A stretch of 61,259 nucleotides of DNA, the filler included, from Squatina squatina (Eukaryota): assembly GCA_031763465.1 (NCBI GenBank). It is 4 parts of 4 records of this genome, joined end to end, with 100 filler letters (N's around TTAATTAATTAA, not from the genome) between each part and the next. Parts side by side here need not be neighbours in the genome. Positions count along the whole stretch, not along the records: positions 1 to 14,217 come from JARFOE010000007.1; 3 more parts are not named here. The stretch is one strand, 5' to 3'. The notes under the pieces were generated by a model, which saw nothing but the letters and a program-made list of their open reading frames with translations, had not been told where the DNA came from and did not search any database. Below, one piece after another: positions 1 to 13,185 of this stretch (position 1 is its first letter; the number at the start of each line of letters is the position of its first letter). The position numbers were made by a program, and so were the translations under genes.

Positions 1-1462
1 ACCTCGGTGCAATGAATCACCTGGGTGTGATGAAGCACCTGTGTGTAATGAGTCACCAGGGTGTAGTGAATCACCAGAATGTAATGAATCACCAAGGTGT
101 AATAACTCACCTTGGTTTAATGAATCACCTGAATATAATGAATCACCTGTGTGTAACGAATCACCTGTGTGCAATGAATCCCGGGGAGTAATGAATCACC
201 ATTGTCTAATGAATCACCAGGGTGTAATGAATCAATTGGATGTAATGAATCACTTGGATGTAATGAATCACCAGGGTGTAATGAATCACCAGGGAGTAAT
301 GAATCACCAGGGCGTAAAGCGTTAACTGGGTGTAATGACTCACCAGGGTGTAATGAATCACCTGTATTTAATGAATCACCTGGGAGTAATGAATCACCAG
401 GGTGCAATGAATCACCCAGGTGTAATGATTCACCAGGATGTAATGAATCATCTGGGAACAAAAAATCACCAGGGTGTAATAAATCACCTGGGTGTAATGA
501 ATCAACTCAATATAATGAATCACCAGTGTGTATTGAATCACCTCGGTGCAATGAATCACCTGGGTGTGATGAAGCACCTGTGTGTAATGAGTCACCAGGG
601 TGTAGTGAATCACCAGGATGTAATGAATCACCAAGGTGTAATAACTCACCTGGGTTTAATGAATCACCTGAATATAATGAATCACCTGTGTGTAACGAAT
701 CACCTGTGTGCAATGAATCCCGGGTAGTAATGGATCACCATTTTGTAATGAATCACCATTGTTTAATGAATCAATTGGATGTAATGAATCACTTGGATGT
801 AATGAATCACCAAGGAGTAATGAATCACCAGGGCGTAATGAGTTACCTGGGTGTAATGACTCACTAGGTTGTAATGAATCACCTGGGTGTAACGAGTCAC
901 CTGGGTGTAATAAATAGCCTGGGTGCAGTGAATCACCTGGGTGTAATTAATCACCTGAATATAATGAACCACCAGTGTGTATTGAATCACCTCGGTGCAA
1001 TGAATCACTAGTGTGTGCTGAAGCACCTGTGTGTAATGAGTCACCAGGATATAATGAATCGCCTGTGTGTATTGAATTTTCGGGATGTAATTAATCGCCT
1101 AGGTTTATTGAATGAACAAGATGTAATGAATCAGCGGTGTGTAATGAATGATCTGTGTGTAATGAAACACCAGAATGTAATTAATAACCAAGGGGTAAAG
1201 AATCACCTGGGTGTACTGAATAACCAGGGTGTAATCACCTGGGTGTAATGAATCACCTGGGTGTAAAGAAGTACCAGGGTGTAATAAATCACCAAGCTAT
1301 AATGAATCACCTCGGTGCAATGCATCACCTCGGTGTGATGAATCACCTGGGTGTAATGAGTCACCAGGATATAATGAATCGCCTGGGTGTTTTGACTTAA
1401 TGGGATGTAATGAATCACTTGGCTGTAATGAATCACAAGGTAGTAAAAAAATACCAGGGTGT
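1..1462. repeat. 18-bp minisatellite (consensus GGGTGTAATGAATCACCW), about 80 degenerate units, truncated by window start
   Basis: Direct reading of the tandem unit. The many overlapping ORFs here (GCNESP / VMNHQG / DSLHPG repeats) are its translations. 17-bp units near 185 and 722 shift frame. Confidence 0.95.
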
Positions 1463-2643
1463 GAGATTGAAGCTACAATCTAATGAGCAGGAACAGCTTG
1501 AGTTTCACTCTTACAGGTTGTGACACTGATCAAACCTGTCGGTCCGATTACAGCTTTGTAGCTCAGTCCCATTATTCTCCTCACTTCGTGCGATCTGTGT
1601 GCGTGAGGTGGATGAGCTACTGAAGATAGTGTTGCATGATTGCATCGAACAGAAAAATGAATGAGAAAGATATGCGGTTGTAATCTGAATGGGTATTCCC
1701 CAATGCCATTGTCTGCTGAACAAGGGTCAGGGTGTTGAGTTCTGATTAAATAAAGAACAAACAATTTGCACTTATAATGCACTTGGTCACATTTCAGGAA
1801 CATTCCAAAGCACTTGACATCGTACTGTTATTAGTAAAAGCAACAGACATTTTGTGCACCGAGATCCCAAATCAGCACTGAAGTGAATGAACTGTTTATA
1901 TTGGTAGTGTTTGAGGGAGGAATATTGACCTGGAACACAGCACGGGACAACTCACTACTCTTTTCAGGTTCTTCCACATAGCATCATACAGCACAGAAAG
2001 AATCCATTTGGCCCATTATGCCTGTGCTGGCTCTGTGAAAGAGCTCTCCAATTAGTCCCACTCCCCCTGCCCTTTCCCCACAGCCCTGCAAATTTCTCCT
2101 TTTCAAGTATTTATCCAATTCCCCTTCTGAAAGTTACTATTGAATCTGCTTCCACCGCCCTTTCAGGCAGCGCGTTCCAGTTCACAATAACCCTCTGCGT
2201 TTTATAAAATAAAAATAAATGTCTCGTGTTTGGNNNNNNNNNNNNNNNNNNNNNNNNNNNNNNNNNNNNNNNNNNNNNNNNNNNNNNNNNNNNNNNNNNN
2301 NNNNNNNNNNNNNNNNNNNNNNNNNNNNNNNNNTGAAAAAACAGTGCATGCGCGGAATTTTGAATAGGCAGCACCTCCAAAAAAAAAAAGAAAAAAAATT
2401 AGGGTGGAACATTGCCGATGGGATTCAGCAGTTCCAACACCTCTCAATTCAAATGATGCCTTAGAAGTTTATGTATTAATATTTATAACATTTATTTCAG
2501 GCCAGGGAAATAATTGACAAGCTACTTCAAAACATGTCTGTAAGTATTGCCCAGATTTAAATTAATTTGGCAGGCGCCATGTTTAGGGATTTGATTTGAT
2601 TTTAAGCATTGCTCACAGTCCTTTTCTCTTTGTCACTCTGCAG

Positions 2644-2811
2644 ATTACAGAGGAGTTGCTGAGCAGCCTGGGGTCGACAGTGATAGGTCTCAGCCCATCG
2701 ATTCTGCGAGTCATTCCAGCAACACTACTTGTGCACGTCCTGCCCAGCATGGCAGAGCATGAACATAAACTGAGTCCTGTCCAGAAGCTGATCATTGTAA
2801 ATAAACTATGG
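2644..2811 (+). CDS. Internal exon of a stereocilin/otoancorin/mesothelin-family gene (STRC-like)
   Basis: Polypyrimidine tract + cag acceptor, gt donor, 168 bp, phase 0-0, open: ITEELLSSLGSTVIGLSPSILRVIPATLLVHVLPSMAEHEHKLSPVQKLIIVNKLW. The Leu-rich helical repeat pattern resembles this family; STRC lies near SPG11 in human 15q (recalled). Confidence 0.5.
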
Positions 2812-2889
2812 GTTGGTATCAGAAGATCTCAGCATTTTATCTCTATTCCTCGCTCTCATTGTAGCGCTTTCAATTTCTGTATCCGGTTT

Positions 2890-3322
2890 CAGCCATGGCT
2901 CAGTGGGTAGCATTCTCTCGTCTGTGTCCGAAGGTTGCGGCTTTTAGCCCCACTCCAGAGATTTGAGCACTATATCTAGTGTGACACTTCAGCGCAGCAC
3001 TGAGGGAGTGCTACACTGTCGGAGGTGCTGTCTTTTGGGTGAGACGTGCAACCAAGGGCCCTTCTGCTCTCTCTCTCAAGAAGAGTAGGGGAGTTCTCCA
3101 CGGTGTCCTGGGCCAATACTTATTGTCAATGAACATCACTAAAAACAGATTATCTGGTCATTATCATATTGCTGTTTGTGGGAGCTTGCGGTGTGCCAAT
3201 TGGCTGCCACGTTTCCTGCATTACAACAATGACTACTCTTCAAAAAGTACTTCATTGGCTATAAAGCATTTTGGGACATCCAGGGTCATGAAAGGCGCTA
3301 TAGAAGTGCAAGTCTTTCTTTC
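2890..3322 (+). mobile_element. tRNA-derived DeuSINE (SacSINE1-like), near full length
   Basis: tRNA-like head (tggctcagtgggtagca), Deu-like core (tgagggagtgctacactgtcggaggtgctgtctttt) and tail (aaaggcgctatagaagtgcaagtctttctt). Related copies at 39190-39365 and 49047-49635. Confidence 0.75.
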
Positions 3323-4040
3323 ATAGAATGATACAGCACAGAAAGAGGCCATTTGGCCCAATTTGCCTGTGTCGGTGCTTTGAAAGAGCTATCCAACTAA
3401 CCCCTGCTCTTTCCCCGCTTCGTAACCTCCTACTAACAGTTCGTGGACGACAGGAATTATAAGAACAAATCACACACGGTTTTGGGGCTCAACCAACTCC
3501 TCAACCAAAACTCGGTCCTTGACGCCTGAGCCCTCGACTCCATCCCACAACATCCTACCTGCCATNNNNNNNNNNNNNNNNNNNNNNNNNNNNNNNNNNN
3601 NNNNNNNNNNNNNNNNNNNNNNNNNNNNNNNNNNNNNNNNNNNNNNNNNNNNNNNNNNNNNNNNNAATTTTACCTTTGTCCTGCTAGTGGAGAGTTTCAC
3701 CCACCAGCAGTACTAATTGGAGATTTATGCAATCATTGCTCACCATTCTTCACAGCTGCCAAATCATCTATAAACCCATTACTCTGCATTCAACTAATTT
3801 TCTTAATATGCATCTTCAATCCCTTTTGATGTTTGACTTATGATAGATTATGCGTCCATGTGCCCAGAACCTCCCAACCACCAATAAGGCATGTGTGTGA
3901 TGCCATACATTTGCTTTGGTTGTAGTGTGCTGGCTAAGTGTTCAGTGAGCCAGCTACTGTTATACAAAAACACATCTTGTGTTACAGAGTAAAACGTTTC
4001 TATTGTCACACACAGCAGCATATCCAAGGACCCTCTCTGA

Positions 4041-4277
4041 CAGGATGACCAGATCGAAAGAGTCCCAAACCGGGACAATCAGTCTGCGCATGTGCAGTCT
4101 GGTCTCCAGCGGGCCTGCACATGCGCAGTCCGTTCTTCGCCGGAACTGTGTGTGCGCAAGTGATTGGGCACGAAAAAACGGGACATTTGAGCACTTTTGA
4201 GTTAAGTGTCGGGACACCGGGCCACTTCCTCAAAAACCTGGATTGTCCTGGCAAAACCAGGATGTCTGGTCACACTA
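4041..4277. mobile_element. hAT-Blackjack-type MITE
   Basis: Termini caggatgaccagat ... gtctggtcacacta resemble the TAGGGTGACCAGAY TIR. 8-bp flanks ctctctga / cactctga match 7 of 8, consistent with a hAT TSD. Internal gtccc/gggac subterminal motifs. Confidence 0.7.
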
Positions 4278-5547
4278 CACTCTGAGCAATGCAGCAGGGG
4301 ATCTACTTGTATTTTTTCTGAAGGAAATATTTCCTCTGCGTGCTAAATTTAAGGAAATTTTTAAGACATGAGTTTATGATGTTGTTACACAAAGTGCAGA
4401 GTAAGATTTTCCTCCCTGGTTAGTTTTTTGGTGCATACTGAAAATTGTTACTAAATATTGGGCTGTCTCCTAACATTAGTAAAGTAGATGTTTAATTGTA
4501 CACTTCTTTCCCAATGACATTCGACGGTCTTATGTAAACTTATCATCTGAAGCTAAGTTTGGAATAAATACTTCAACAGTTTTCTTTTGTCTTTATACCT
4601 TATATAAATATGCACCTATAGGTATGTTAAATTTACCTCTGTGTGATCTGTAGTTTCCATTGAAATAGTCAAACAATGTCCAATTGAAAAATGGATCTAC
4701 TTGACCCCCACATAACAGTCCTCGGAAGTCTGCTGTTATCCTTAGCGCCTGAGATGACATATTATATTACATAGGATTACATTGCTTAGAATATAGAGCA
4801 TAAAAACAGGTCATTCGGCCCAACCAGTCTATGCCAGTATTTATGCTCCACATGCGCCTCCTCCCACTCTATATACTTCATCTCACCCTATCAACATACC
4901 CTTCCAATCCTTGCTCCCTCATGTACTTATCTGGCTTCCACTTTCATGCATCAATTCTATTCGCCTCAACCATTCCCTGTGGTAGCACATTCTCACCACT
5001 CTCTGAATAAAGAAGTTTCCTCTGAATTACTTACTGGATTTATTAGTGACTATCTTATATTTATGGCTGCTAGATTTGGGCACGCCCACAAGNNNNNNNN
5101 NNNNNNNNNNNNNNNNNNNNNNNNNNNNNNNNNNNNNNNNNNNNNNNNNNNNNNNNNNNNNNNNNNNNNNNNNNNNNNNNNNNNNNNNNNNNTTTTTTGT
5201 GATGAACCCATTTTCAGCCATTTAATAAAACCGCACCTGGTCACCAGTCTTAGAGACATCATGGAATACTCTTTAAATGGAAGGGAGAAAAAAAGAAACG
5301 ATTATCTTCTGTTACGCTGCCCGATTGTGCTGGTTGCTGGAAGATTTTATGTTTGCGATGAGGCAAATGAAACAGTTTGAGCGGAACTTGAACTGTAACC
5401 CAACCAGCACAATTTAGAGCGCAATTGTTTGGGGTGTAATTTCCCAATTGTGCCCAAAGCAGAAACTCGACCCCTCGACGGTTTACGGGTTATTGCAACT
5501 TTAGCAACAGAAAACAGAGCCAAGCAGTTCGTCCGTTGGACACTTAC

Positions 5548-5716
5548 CCCAGGGCTGCGACTCTATGATTTTAAGCTGTACACGGGCTGCACCCTCATGG
5601 TTTTCCCCAATCTCACGACACATGCTGAAGCAAAAGGCCACCATGTTGTGCTTCTCGCTATCCCCGGGGAGACACCGCTTGATGTAGTCTAGCAAAGCCG
5701 TCTTCAGGTTGCCATT
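5548..5716 (-). CDS. SPG11: Spatacsin exon (NGNLKTALLDYIKRCLPGDSEKHNMVAFCFSMCREIGENHEGAARVQLKIIESQPW)
   Basis: 169 bp with ag acceptor and gtaagt donor. Near-identical to recalled human SPG11 C-terminal segment LKTALLDYIKRCRPGDSEKHNMIALCFSMCREIGENHE. Confidence 0.95.
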
Positions 5717-7008
5717 CTATATTTAAGCAAAGGAATCTCCCAANNNNNNNNNNTCACGAAATATTTGGAACATTAGCAAGGTTAAGAAATGAAGGTCGAG
5801 TGCTGATGCTAACACATAGTATTCCAAGTGACAGGGCTGGGGTTAATAACGGGGAATCCCCACATACCGAGCTCCTAATCTACACTGTCACCATTATATG
5901 GTACAGTTGCCTCGTAGTTAGGGCATGGGACTCACTATCCAGAGGGTGAGTTGAAATCCCATCACAGCAAATTGGGAAATTGATTTCAGTAAATCTGGTC
6001 ATTTGTGAGCAGCAGCAGATAAAATGATGGTGAAAGCTGCCGGATTGTCCTAAAAATCCAACAGGTTCACCGATGTCCTTCTGGAGAAGCTACCACCCTG
6101 GTTGACTGTCTCTAAGAAGAGTAAGCCTACAATCCGATGTTGATTTAGGTCACGGTGGGTTGAAGACGAAATTAACGTAACTTAAGTTGTCTCTGAGTCA
6201 AACTATGACTCGAACAAAACCCTGCGGGTGTGAATATCAAAATGAAGACGGATCCAGAGAATATTGAATATGTGATCATTTGTGATGATTATCATCCCTA
6301 TGGATATACTTAATGATCTTGTATTGAACGATTAGTCTGCAATNNNNNNNNNNNNNNNNNNNNNNNNNNNNNNNNNNNNNNNNNNNNNNNNNNNNNNNNN
6401 NNNNNNNNNNNNNNNNNNNNNNNNNNNNNNNNNNNNNNNNNNNNNNNNNNNNNNNNNNNNNNNNNNNNNNNNNNNNNNNNNNNNNNNNNNNNNNNNNNNN
6501 NNNNNNNNNNNNNNNNNNNNNNNNNNNNNNNNNNNNNNNNNNNNNNNNNNNNNNNNNNNNNNNNNNNNNNNNNNNNNNNNNNNNNNNNNNNNNNNNNNNN
6601 NNNNNNNNNNNNNNNNNNNNNNNNNNNNNNNNNNNNNNNNNNNNNNNNNNNNNNNNNNNNNNNNNNNNNNNNNNNNNNNNNNNNNNNNNNNNNNNNNNNN
6701 NNNNNNNNNNNNNNNNNNNNNNNNNNNNNNNNNNNNNNNNNNNNNNNNNNNNNNNNNNNNNNNNNNNNNNNNNNNNNNNNNNNNNNNNNNNNNNNNNNNN
6801 NNNNTTAAACCTAGAACCTTTTTGTAGTAAACGAGGGAGATTCACATGAAAATATCTCACAAGTAGATTGCAATTTATAAAAGTGGAAAAGGTCGATTCT
6901 TGAATCATTGCTGTAATCATTTCATTGTTTCCATTCCTTTCTGAGGACACGTGGGAGAAGTCACAGATCAAAGAGGTCTAACTACTTTCCCAGACAACCC
7001 TCACCTAC

Positions 7009-7116
7009 CGATTCAACGTTTTTCCTCAGCAGCATTTCAAACCTATGATTCTCATGCAGCAGGTCAAATATGTACGTCATGTCATTGTATCGTCCAATGC
7101 CAGTGACCAGCCGGAC
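7009..7116 (-). CDS. SPG11: Spatacsin exon (VRLVTGIGRYNDMTYIFDLLHENHRFEMLLRKNVES)
   Basis: 108 bp, phase 0-0, ag/gt boundaries, not in the ORF track. Matches human VRLLTGIGRYNEMTYIFDLLH and splices in frame to the 5548-5716 exon. Confidence 0.93.
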
Positions 7117-8714
7117 CTTTGGAGAGAAAAAGGACATTCACATTCCGATTCATGGCCCATCTTTGATATTTGATCTTAATTAACACAAAACGTAATGAAG
7201 TTGGGCTCGAGAAGGCAATAGACCCAGCGTGGTATGATAACATACCAGTTCATGGGAAGGATAATACTTCCTCAATGGTATAGTTCTTTATCTGTGGGAA
7301 TCCATGTAGCATCTATCTACATCGGAACATTTNNNNNNNNNNNNNNNNNNNNNNNNNNNNNNNNNNNNNNNNNNNNNNNNNNNNNNNNNNNNNNNNNNNN
7401 NNNNNNNNNNNNNNNNNNNNNNNNNNNNNNNNAACACAGCCATCTCCATCAATGTTTGCAGGCAGTAGATGAGTTGTAGGCCCCTCAATCCATTCCCCTC
7501 ACTCAATTCTATGACCACATGCAACCACTTCACAAAAATGCCCACCAGACCCTAGAATGAAAGGCATACACATTGAGGTGGTCAGAACTTACATTTTAGA
7601 CAATTCATAATTGTGACTACAATGTCAATAAAGGTCTTAACCCTTGTGTTTCTTGAACTCACCCTTCACCTTCTTCAACCTTCTATTCCTTCTGAGTGGT
7701 ACAATGGTACAGAGTAAATGTGAGGAATGCTGGAGCAAGTATCCTTGTTTTATATAAATGCAGAAAGTGGCCAAGTGATCTGAATCAGCTGCAAGAGGTT
7801 ATTGCATTCAGGAGTGATTGCCATGATCTCCAGCATTGACTCATATCTCAGCTTTTACATTCTGGCTTGATCGAGTTCAGCGATCTGTCAGATGCAATCT
7901 GGCCTTTTCTCCTTGAGTGACCTCAGATGTCCTTGAAGGAGGCCTTCTCCCCTAGAGGCTTTTCTGCTCACCATTCCTTAAAAAAATTGAGAGTGGTGTG
8001 ATTGCCTTAAATCTGTTGCAAAGGCCTTAATACAGCAACGATGTCCTAAACTCAGCACTCCGTTTTTCTTTCAGGAGTGATCTACAGCAATCGATGTGAG
8101 GCTCATGCAATGTCAAGGTAGCGTAGCGCCAGTGGGGCGCCTCAGCACCTAGCGCCTAAAGTGGCCGATTTCCGCTTCCCAATATTGCCTCCCGGGACAA
8201 AAGTGGCTAATTTCGCAACATCATTGCGTCTCTGATTGGAGGTGCTAATCTCTCATAAACGTTTTGCTTAGCGTCTCGAGGCACCAGCCAATTTCACCCC
8301 CTTGATCCTTTAACACTTCTGAAAGGACGTATATTTTTGGTAATCCAGCTGTGCAGTTTGTAAAATGGTTGCAAGAGAAAGTAGAAAATACCAAATTATT
8401 CCCACAAGTCGATGCATGTAATAAGAATTCCAAGAGCAGCCCATGTAGCGGGTTTCATCAACACAGATTTGGACTTGAATATAAGAATGTTTTTTTTTAA
8501 GGGGTAACCCCTTTTTTGTATCATTTGTTCCATTCTGTAGTTGAGTTGATGGGTAGGGCATCCAGGATAATTCTTGTCCATCCCCAAGAATTCCTAAAGA
8601 CTTCTCGTCACATTTTAAATCATGGTACAGCTAGACTTTAGTGGTCTGAGGTCAGGAAGGATATCTCAAAGAATTTAAATGACAACACTTTAATTTGGGA
8701 TTAAATAAATTTAC

Positions 8715-9237
8715 GGGGGTGAAATTCCCCTATTTTTTCACCCTGTTAGTGGCTATCTCACCTCCCAGGAAATTCCCCAGGGGGCCCCAGAGGTGCCTCA
8801 CCCGGGGAATTTTGTGGTGGGTCGACGCACCACATCATAAGCAGGTGCACTGACCCCTTACTACCCTACCGTGACCCCACATCGCCGCCATTGTGCTCTG
8901 CAGGTGAAAATCCCCCACAGGATGCAACAGCCGCAAGGGGAGGGCCAGAGAGCTGGCAGCCACCATTCTCAATTGTTGGCCGACTGATGGCGTGCCGCGC
9001 CCTGACCGGGCCACCATCCACTTGCCCAGTCACCGGGCTCTCCAGTAGCGGGTCACAGGGCGCTGTTCGGATAGTGCGGGGCTGCGGCTGATGTCCTGAC
9101 ATCGTGACAATGGTGCTGACATAGTCAGTGCCAATCTGGTGACGTCAATGGCCAGATGCCCGGATACCACCCCAGCGCAAAAAATGCCGGCCCTGGAGCT
9201 TTACCGTCCCATGGGTGCCCCGGGGGAATTTCGTCCC
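8715..9237. mobile_element. GC-rich non-autonomous DNA transposon (Harbinger-N-like MITE)
   Basis: Terminal inverted repeats ggggtgaaattcccc ... ggggaatttcgtccc, tta near both ends, GC-rich interior. Same TIR class as 27020-27440. Confidence 0.6.
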
Positions 9238-9741
9238 TTAAGCGATTGGTCAGTGAAGGTTCCATGATATAGGTCAACCTATCTCTCCACTCACACATAC
9301 ATGGGATCACCTTCATTTTTTTTACCTCACTGCCCACCTAGACTGAACGCCACACAGAGTAAAAGAAGCAGAGTCCCATCACTTTGTGCACAGTCTCCGA
9401 GCGCGTCAGCCTGCTGCGTCACAGTGCTGCCTCTACAGATTCTTTCTTTCTTTCCCTTTGATTCTTTACTGCTGAGGTGAGGAGAATTATTTTTCACTCT
9501 GTTGTCGGGATCTGGAACGCTCTAACAGCAAAGGTGGCAGAAACTGATTCCATCAATAATTTTAAAAGGGCAGGCATGTGAGGATGAGGAACTTATAGGG
9601 TTACAGACAAAAAACGGGGTGTGGGACTGAGCACAACCGCTCTTTCAAAAAGCCAGTACAGGCAGGACGGGCTGAATGGCCTCCTTCTGTGCTGTAAATT
9701 TCTACAATTCTATTGGGACATGTATAAATAAACCAACTTAC

Positions 9742-10501
9742 GGCTTGGAATCCCTTTTCCATGGAGTCCTATCTCTCCATTAAAAGCAGCTCCTGTAGTC
9801 AAGATGATCTGCATCGAGGGGTGAAAATCTGTTGTTTGTACATCTCCAGACGCCAAGGCTCTGCAGTGGAGAACCAGAGAGATGTCTTGGTTGTAAAATT
9901 CGAAATACCTAGAGACTCTGCTGGCTTCGTGAATGCAGCCTCCATCTAACAACTCGCCAACCAAAATATTAAGGGCTTCTGTTTCTGCTGTGTCTAGTTT
10001 ACAGTTGGAAGCCATGTCCTTGTTTGGAAATCCTTCAAGCTTCAGGTACCTTGGGGAGTTCAGAGCAGGCAGTTTTGAGAACAAGAACTCCTTGGTGGCA
10101 CCGTCAAAGGTTACCTCGCCACAGACCGAAACCTGCCAAGCAAACCTCGAAGCTGTGGACATCAGCAAAGTCTGCTGACTGATCTGACACAACCAAATCC
10201 TCTTCTCCACCTCTTCCAACTGATCCAGGAATGGAGGACTGTTTCGAGACAACCAGTGGCCCGCCATAGTCAGCAGCAGACATTTTTCCTGAATAATCAG
10301 GAACTGCTCTTTGAAAGGTGAAGCCGGTTGTGATTTAATGGATGGCTGATCATTGGCCTGGGCCAGAAAGAATTCAGAGGCTTCTAAATTGGAGATCGAA
10401 TTATTTTTGAAATAATCGTGGCACTTCTTCCAAAAATTTATCCTCGTCTCCTTCCTTTGCCATTGACCATGTTGCTTCAAATTTTGTAATTCCTGAGTTA
10501 C
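9742..10501 (-). CDS. SPG11: Spatacsin large exon (760 bp)
   Basis: ORF 9710-10507 trimmed to cag| and |gtaagt. Motifs RINFWKKC, LLLTMAGHWL, IWLC, LLDGGCIHEASRVSRYF and LVLHCRALASG match recalled SPG11. Confidence 0.95.
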
Positions 10502-10879
10502 CTGCAAGAGAAAAAGAAATGAAATATTGGGGACATACGTAATATATTGAAATGACTTTCATGTTCGGGTATAAATCCCTTTTTTCAGTTTCCTCCTCCC
10601 ATTTATTCCCTGATCTTTCTGGGCTATGCATCAATCGCAGATGAGGGTAGGCAGGCAACTCATGCACAGGCCTCCGCTAATCTGAACCAGCCATCGAGGT
10701 ACACGAGAATAATCAGCCCGTTATTCTCTCGCTCTCCAACATGCAAGTGCCTGGTCTTCATTTTGCATTTTCCTCAAACGGGAGTTCAACAGTGCAGAGA
10801 ATCCAGGGATAACACTTCCATGGTGCCTCCATGTCATGCCAACATTTTGCCACACTCAGCCTATTACAAGTAAGAGAGA

Positions 10880-11400
10880 TTGCATCTCTTCTCTCACATT
10901 AAAAACTCTCGCATTGAATTCGTGCCACTCGAGGGATTTTCAAATCTGAGCTGGATCTGGTTCCTTCAACTCCCAGTCCTCCCTCCTGCTCTCCTCCCAA
11001 ATGAGACCTCACCTTTCCTGTGTTCTGCAGTCCATTTCCTCACACTTCCCCGCAGTACACTCATCCTGCCTGTTAAGCTCACCATTTGCTTCCTCAAAAC
11101 CTTCTGTCTCAACTGCTGACCATCCAACTGAGCGTTGACTTGATAAAGGTATGGACAAGGGTTTTAGGCAACCCATGTTTGCCAAAATCATTGGCTTGTC
11201 TCTGTCCTTGGGCAGTGTCCTTATCTATCTTAAAAACACCATGAGCAGACCTCTCTTCAAAAGAAAAACACTCATCCCCTCCATTCTATCCAACTACTGC
11301 CCTACCTCCAACTTTCCCTTCATTTCCAAAGTCCTGTAACGCTTTGCAACTCCCTCACTGCTCCTTTTTAAAAACCCTCTAAGGACATACGCATGAAGGC
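10880..11400 (+). mobile_element. L2-type LINE fragment (degenerate RT N-terminus)
   Basis: Translation PLFKRKTLIPSILSNYCPTSNFPFISKVL resembles the L2 RT motif PLLKKPxLDPxxLxNYRPISNLPFLSKVLE. Boundaries approximate. Confidence 0.6.
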
Positions 11401-12539
11401 TGGCTGAAGATGGGATTGGGCTTGACTATGATTCCATTCCCAAACTAGATCAGACCAACAACATTCACTGTCTGGGCTCACGCCTGACCTTGACCACTCC
11501 GATTAGGCTAGTAATGCTGAGCCCTATGTAGATCTGTGCCTTTAAAAAAAACAATTGGGGAAAAACTGGGTGGCAAACACAAGCTGTATTGCACTTTCTG
11601 CCCTCAAGTACAGCCTTATGGAGAGAGCCCAGTGTATTCCTTATACTCCGACTTTTGAGTTTACTTTTCTGCAATTGATGGAAAGTCCAGAAATAGTTCT
11701 GACAGCAGGCATGCAGGAAATGATGCAGAGCATGTGTCAGAATGGACTGTAAACAGAGGGACATGAGTAATCTGGAAAATAATCCNNNNNNNNNNNNNNN
11801 NNNNNNNNNNNNNNNNNNNNNNNNNNNNNNNNNNNNNNNNNNNNNNNNNNNNNNNNNNNNNNNNNNNNNNNNNNNNNNNNNNNNNATACCTGTATTTATT
11901 TGTGTGCACATTCTTATTGGAGCAATAGTTTGGAACCATTGTGTTTCTACACGCTCCTGAGATATGTAGGCAATAAATATTGGACAAATAGGACACAGCT
12001 TATAAATATATGTAAAATATCTATTTGCATTATCACCTTGGTGGTTACAAATGAATATTAAACAAGAAAGCAAATCAGATGCACCTGCATTGAGTTATGC
12101 CAAGAGCCTCTGAGAATGGCAGAAATGCATCTACATAACTCTTCTGTGGTCAGTCAACTTTTGTCCCATTATTCATTCTGAAAATATATGTGGATTCCTC
12201 AGTGGATATCTGCTCCAACCCCAGTAATAGTGACCATCTAATTCACATTGGTGAGGCCACACTTAGAATGTTAGGCAGACTTTAGTCATCGCTTAGAAAG
12301 AAAAAGCTATTAAAACATTGGAAATGTTTCGATGGAAAACAGCAAGGATGGCACTAGGTATTAAATCAATGAACTATGAGGGCAAGCTAAAGAATACAAA
12401 TTTACTGTCACTAGAAAATAGATTGAGAAGTGAAGGATAGAAACTATTTTTTAAAAATTTTGAACGTAATTAGTGGAATGGATATGGAGAAGGACTTTTT
12501 TATGGATGGGCAGAAGACAGTAAGCGGAAATGGTTACAT

Positions 12540-13020
12540 ATTCTTACATAGTTATTACAGCACTGAAACAGATCATTCAGCCCAATTGGTCTATGCCGGT
12601 TTTTATGCTCTACTCACCTCCCACCCTTCTTCATCTAATCCCATCAATATATTCCTCTATTCCTTTCTCCCTCATGTGTTCACCTAGCTTCTCCTTAAAC
12701 GCATCTATACTTGTTGCCTCAACTACTCCTTGTGGTAGCGAGTTCCACATTCTAACCACTCTCTGGTAAAGAAGTTTCTCCTGAATTCCCTATTGGATCT
12801 ATTGGTGACGATCTTATATTTATGGCCCCCTAGTTTTGGTCTTGACTGCAAGTGGAAACATCTTCTCCACGTCTACCCTATCAAACCCTTTCATAATTTT
12901 AAAGACCTCTATCAGGTCACTCCTCAGTCTTCTCTTCTCTAGAGAAAAGAGCCCCAGCCTGTTCAATCTTTCCTGATAGAGATAACCTCTCAGTTCTGGT
13001 ATCGTTCTAGTAAATCTCCA
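12540..13020 (-). mobile_element. CR1-type LINE 3' end
   Basis: Reverse complement of a CR1 RT C-terminus and 3' UTR (...ggctgaatgatctgtttcagtgctgtaa...). Similar tails at about 1985, 3325, 4790, 9480-9710, 15560-15750, 38600, 43410, 58335, 58700-58950 and 59940-60145. Confidence 0.75.
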
Positions 13021-13185
13021 TGTGGTAGCAAGTTCAACATTTTAACTATTCTCTGGGTAAGGAAGATTCTCCTGAATTCCCTATTGGATTCAATAGTGAC
13101 GGTCTAATAATTAGGACCCCTATTCATGTGTTCAAAATTTGGATTCCTGCACCAATCGTATTACTCAGCCTACAGAGGAACCCAC

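Noticed and set aside
41-1436. Repeat-protein ORFs (CNESPG / MNHQGV / DSLHPG)
   Set aside because: They are translations of an 18-bp minisatellite in several frames on both strands, with frame-breaking units and no splice or signal context.
1-1462. CRISPR-like array
   Set aside because: Units are directly tandem with no unique spacers; eukaryotic context and no cas genes.
1517-1742. Possible exon next to the minisatellite
   Set aside because: Splice-like sites exist on both strands but no frame gave a recognisable peptide.
6276-6971. 231-aa ORF and other X-containing ORFs
   Set aside because: They are open only because they run through N gaps.
11661-11750. Possible SPG11 exon (SILTHALHHFLHACCQNY...)
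   Set aside because: No resemblance to the SPG11 segments expected at this position.
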